6,037 bases of DNA from a virus (lineage: Duplodnaviria; Heunggongvirae; Uroviricota; Caudoviricetes). Made by a program: the position numbers and the translations under genes. The stretch lies in the IMG/VR virus record IMGVR_UViG_2609459804_000029; one strand, given 5' to 3'. Below, one piece after another: positions 5,934-6,037 of the stretch (positions are counted from its first letter, which is position 1; every line of letters begins with the position of its first letter). The notes under the pieces were generated by a model. That model had not been told where the DNA came from. It did no database searches and saw only the letters and a program-made list of their open reading frames with translations.

Positions 5934-6037
5934 AAAGCGCACCGAACTTAAAAAAACAGCCGCGAGGGAAAAAACACGCCGATACGGAAGTGATTATTTT
6001 CGCTGGCAGTGATGCGTGGGCGCACGCGAAACAGTGG
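5930..6037 (+). CDS. 5' end of a larger gene (3'-truncated by the window), function unknown, possibly the replication gene of the element
   Basis: ATG 5930 overlaps the upstream stop (ATGA); RBS GAGGT 5 nt upstream; 36 codons open to the window end (MKSAPNLKKQPRGKKHADTEVIIFAGSDAWAHAKQW). Replication role is inferred only from position after the small-gene operon. Confidence 0.45.
   Translation, partial: MKSAPNLKKQPRGKKHADTEVIIFAGSDAWAHAKQW

Noticed and set aside
5661-5942. - strand ORF 5661..5942
   Set aside because: Antisense to the 97-aa + strand ORF, which has a good RBS and is coupled to the next gene.
1-6037. CRISPR array, tRNA or rRNA, insertion-sequence inverted repeats
   Set aside because: No regularly spaced repeat-spacer structure, no tRNA-like cloverleaf candidates and no transposase-like ORF found on manual reading; the integrase target and att site are presumably outside the window.

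Overview
This window looks like the integrase-proximal end of an integrase-bounded mobile element of the enterobacterial P4/CP4-57 type (satellite- or cryptic-prophage-like), read entirely from sequence and the ORF track. Gene order on the + strand is: tyrosine integrase (61..1323), a translationally coupled 216-aa ORF of unknown function, a 385-bp AT-rich regulatory gap, an AlpA-family regulator, an AntA-type antirepressor-like protein, then a rightward operon of two small paralogous Icd-like proteins, three small coupled ORFs and the 5' end of a larger gene. An Arc/Mnt-like ribbon-helix-helix repressor and a 62-aa ORF lie on the - strand, diverging from the rightward operon across a promoter region with three copies of GTGAATACC. 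No rRNA, tRNA, CRISPR array or transposase is visible. I could not recognise any known defence-system domain; the best candidates for something undescribed are the int-coupled 216-aa ORF and the small-protein operon, but this is inference. Family names are recalled from memory of motifs, not from a search.
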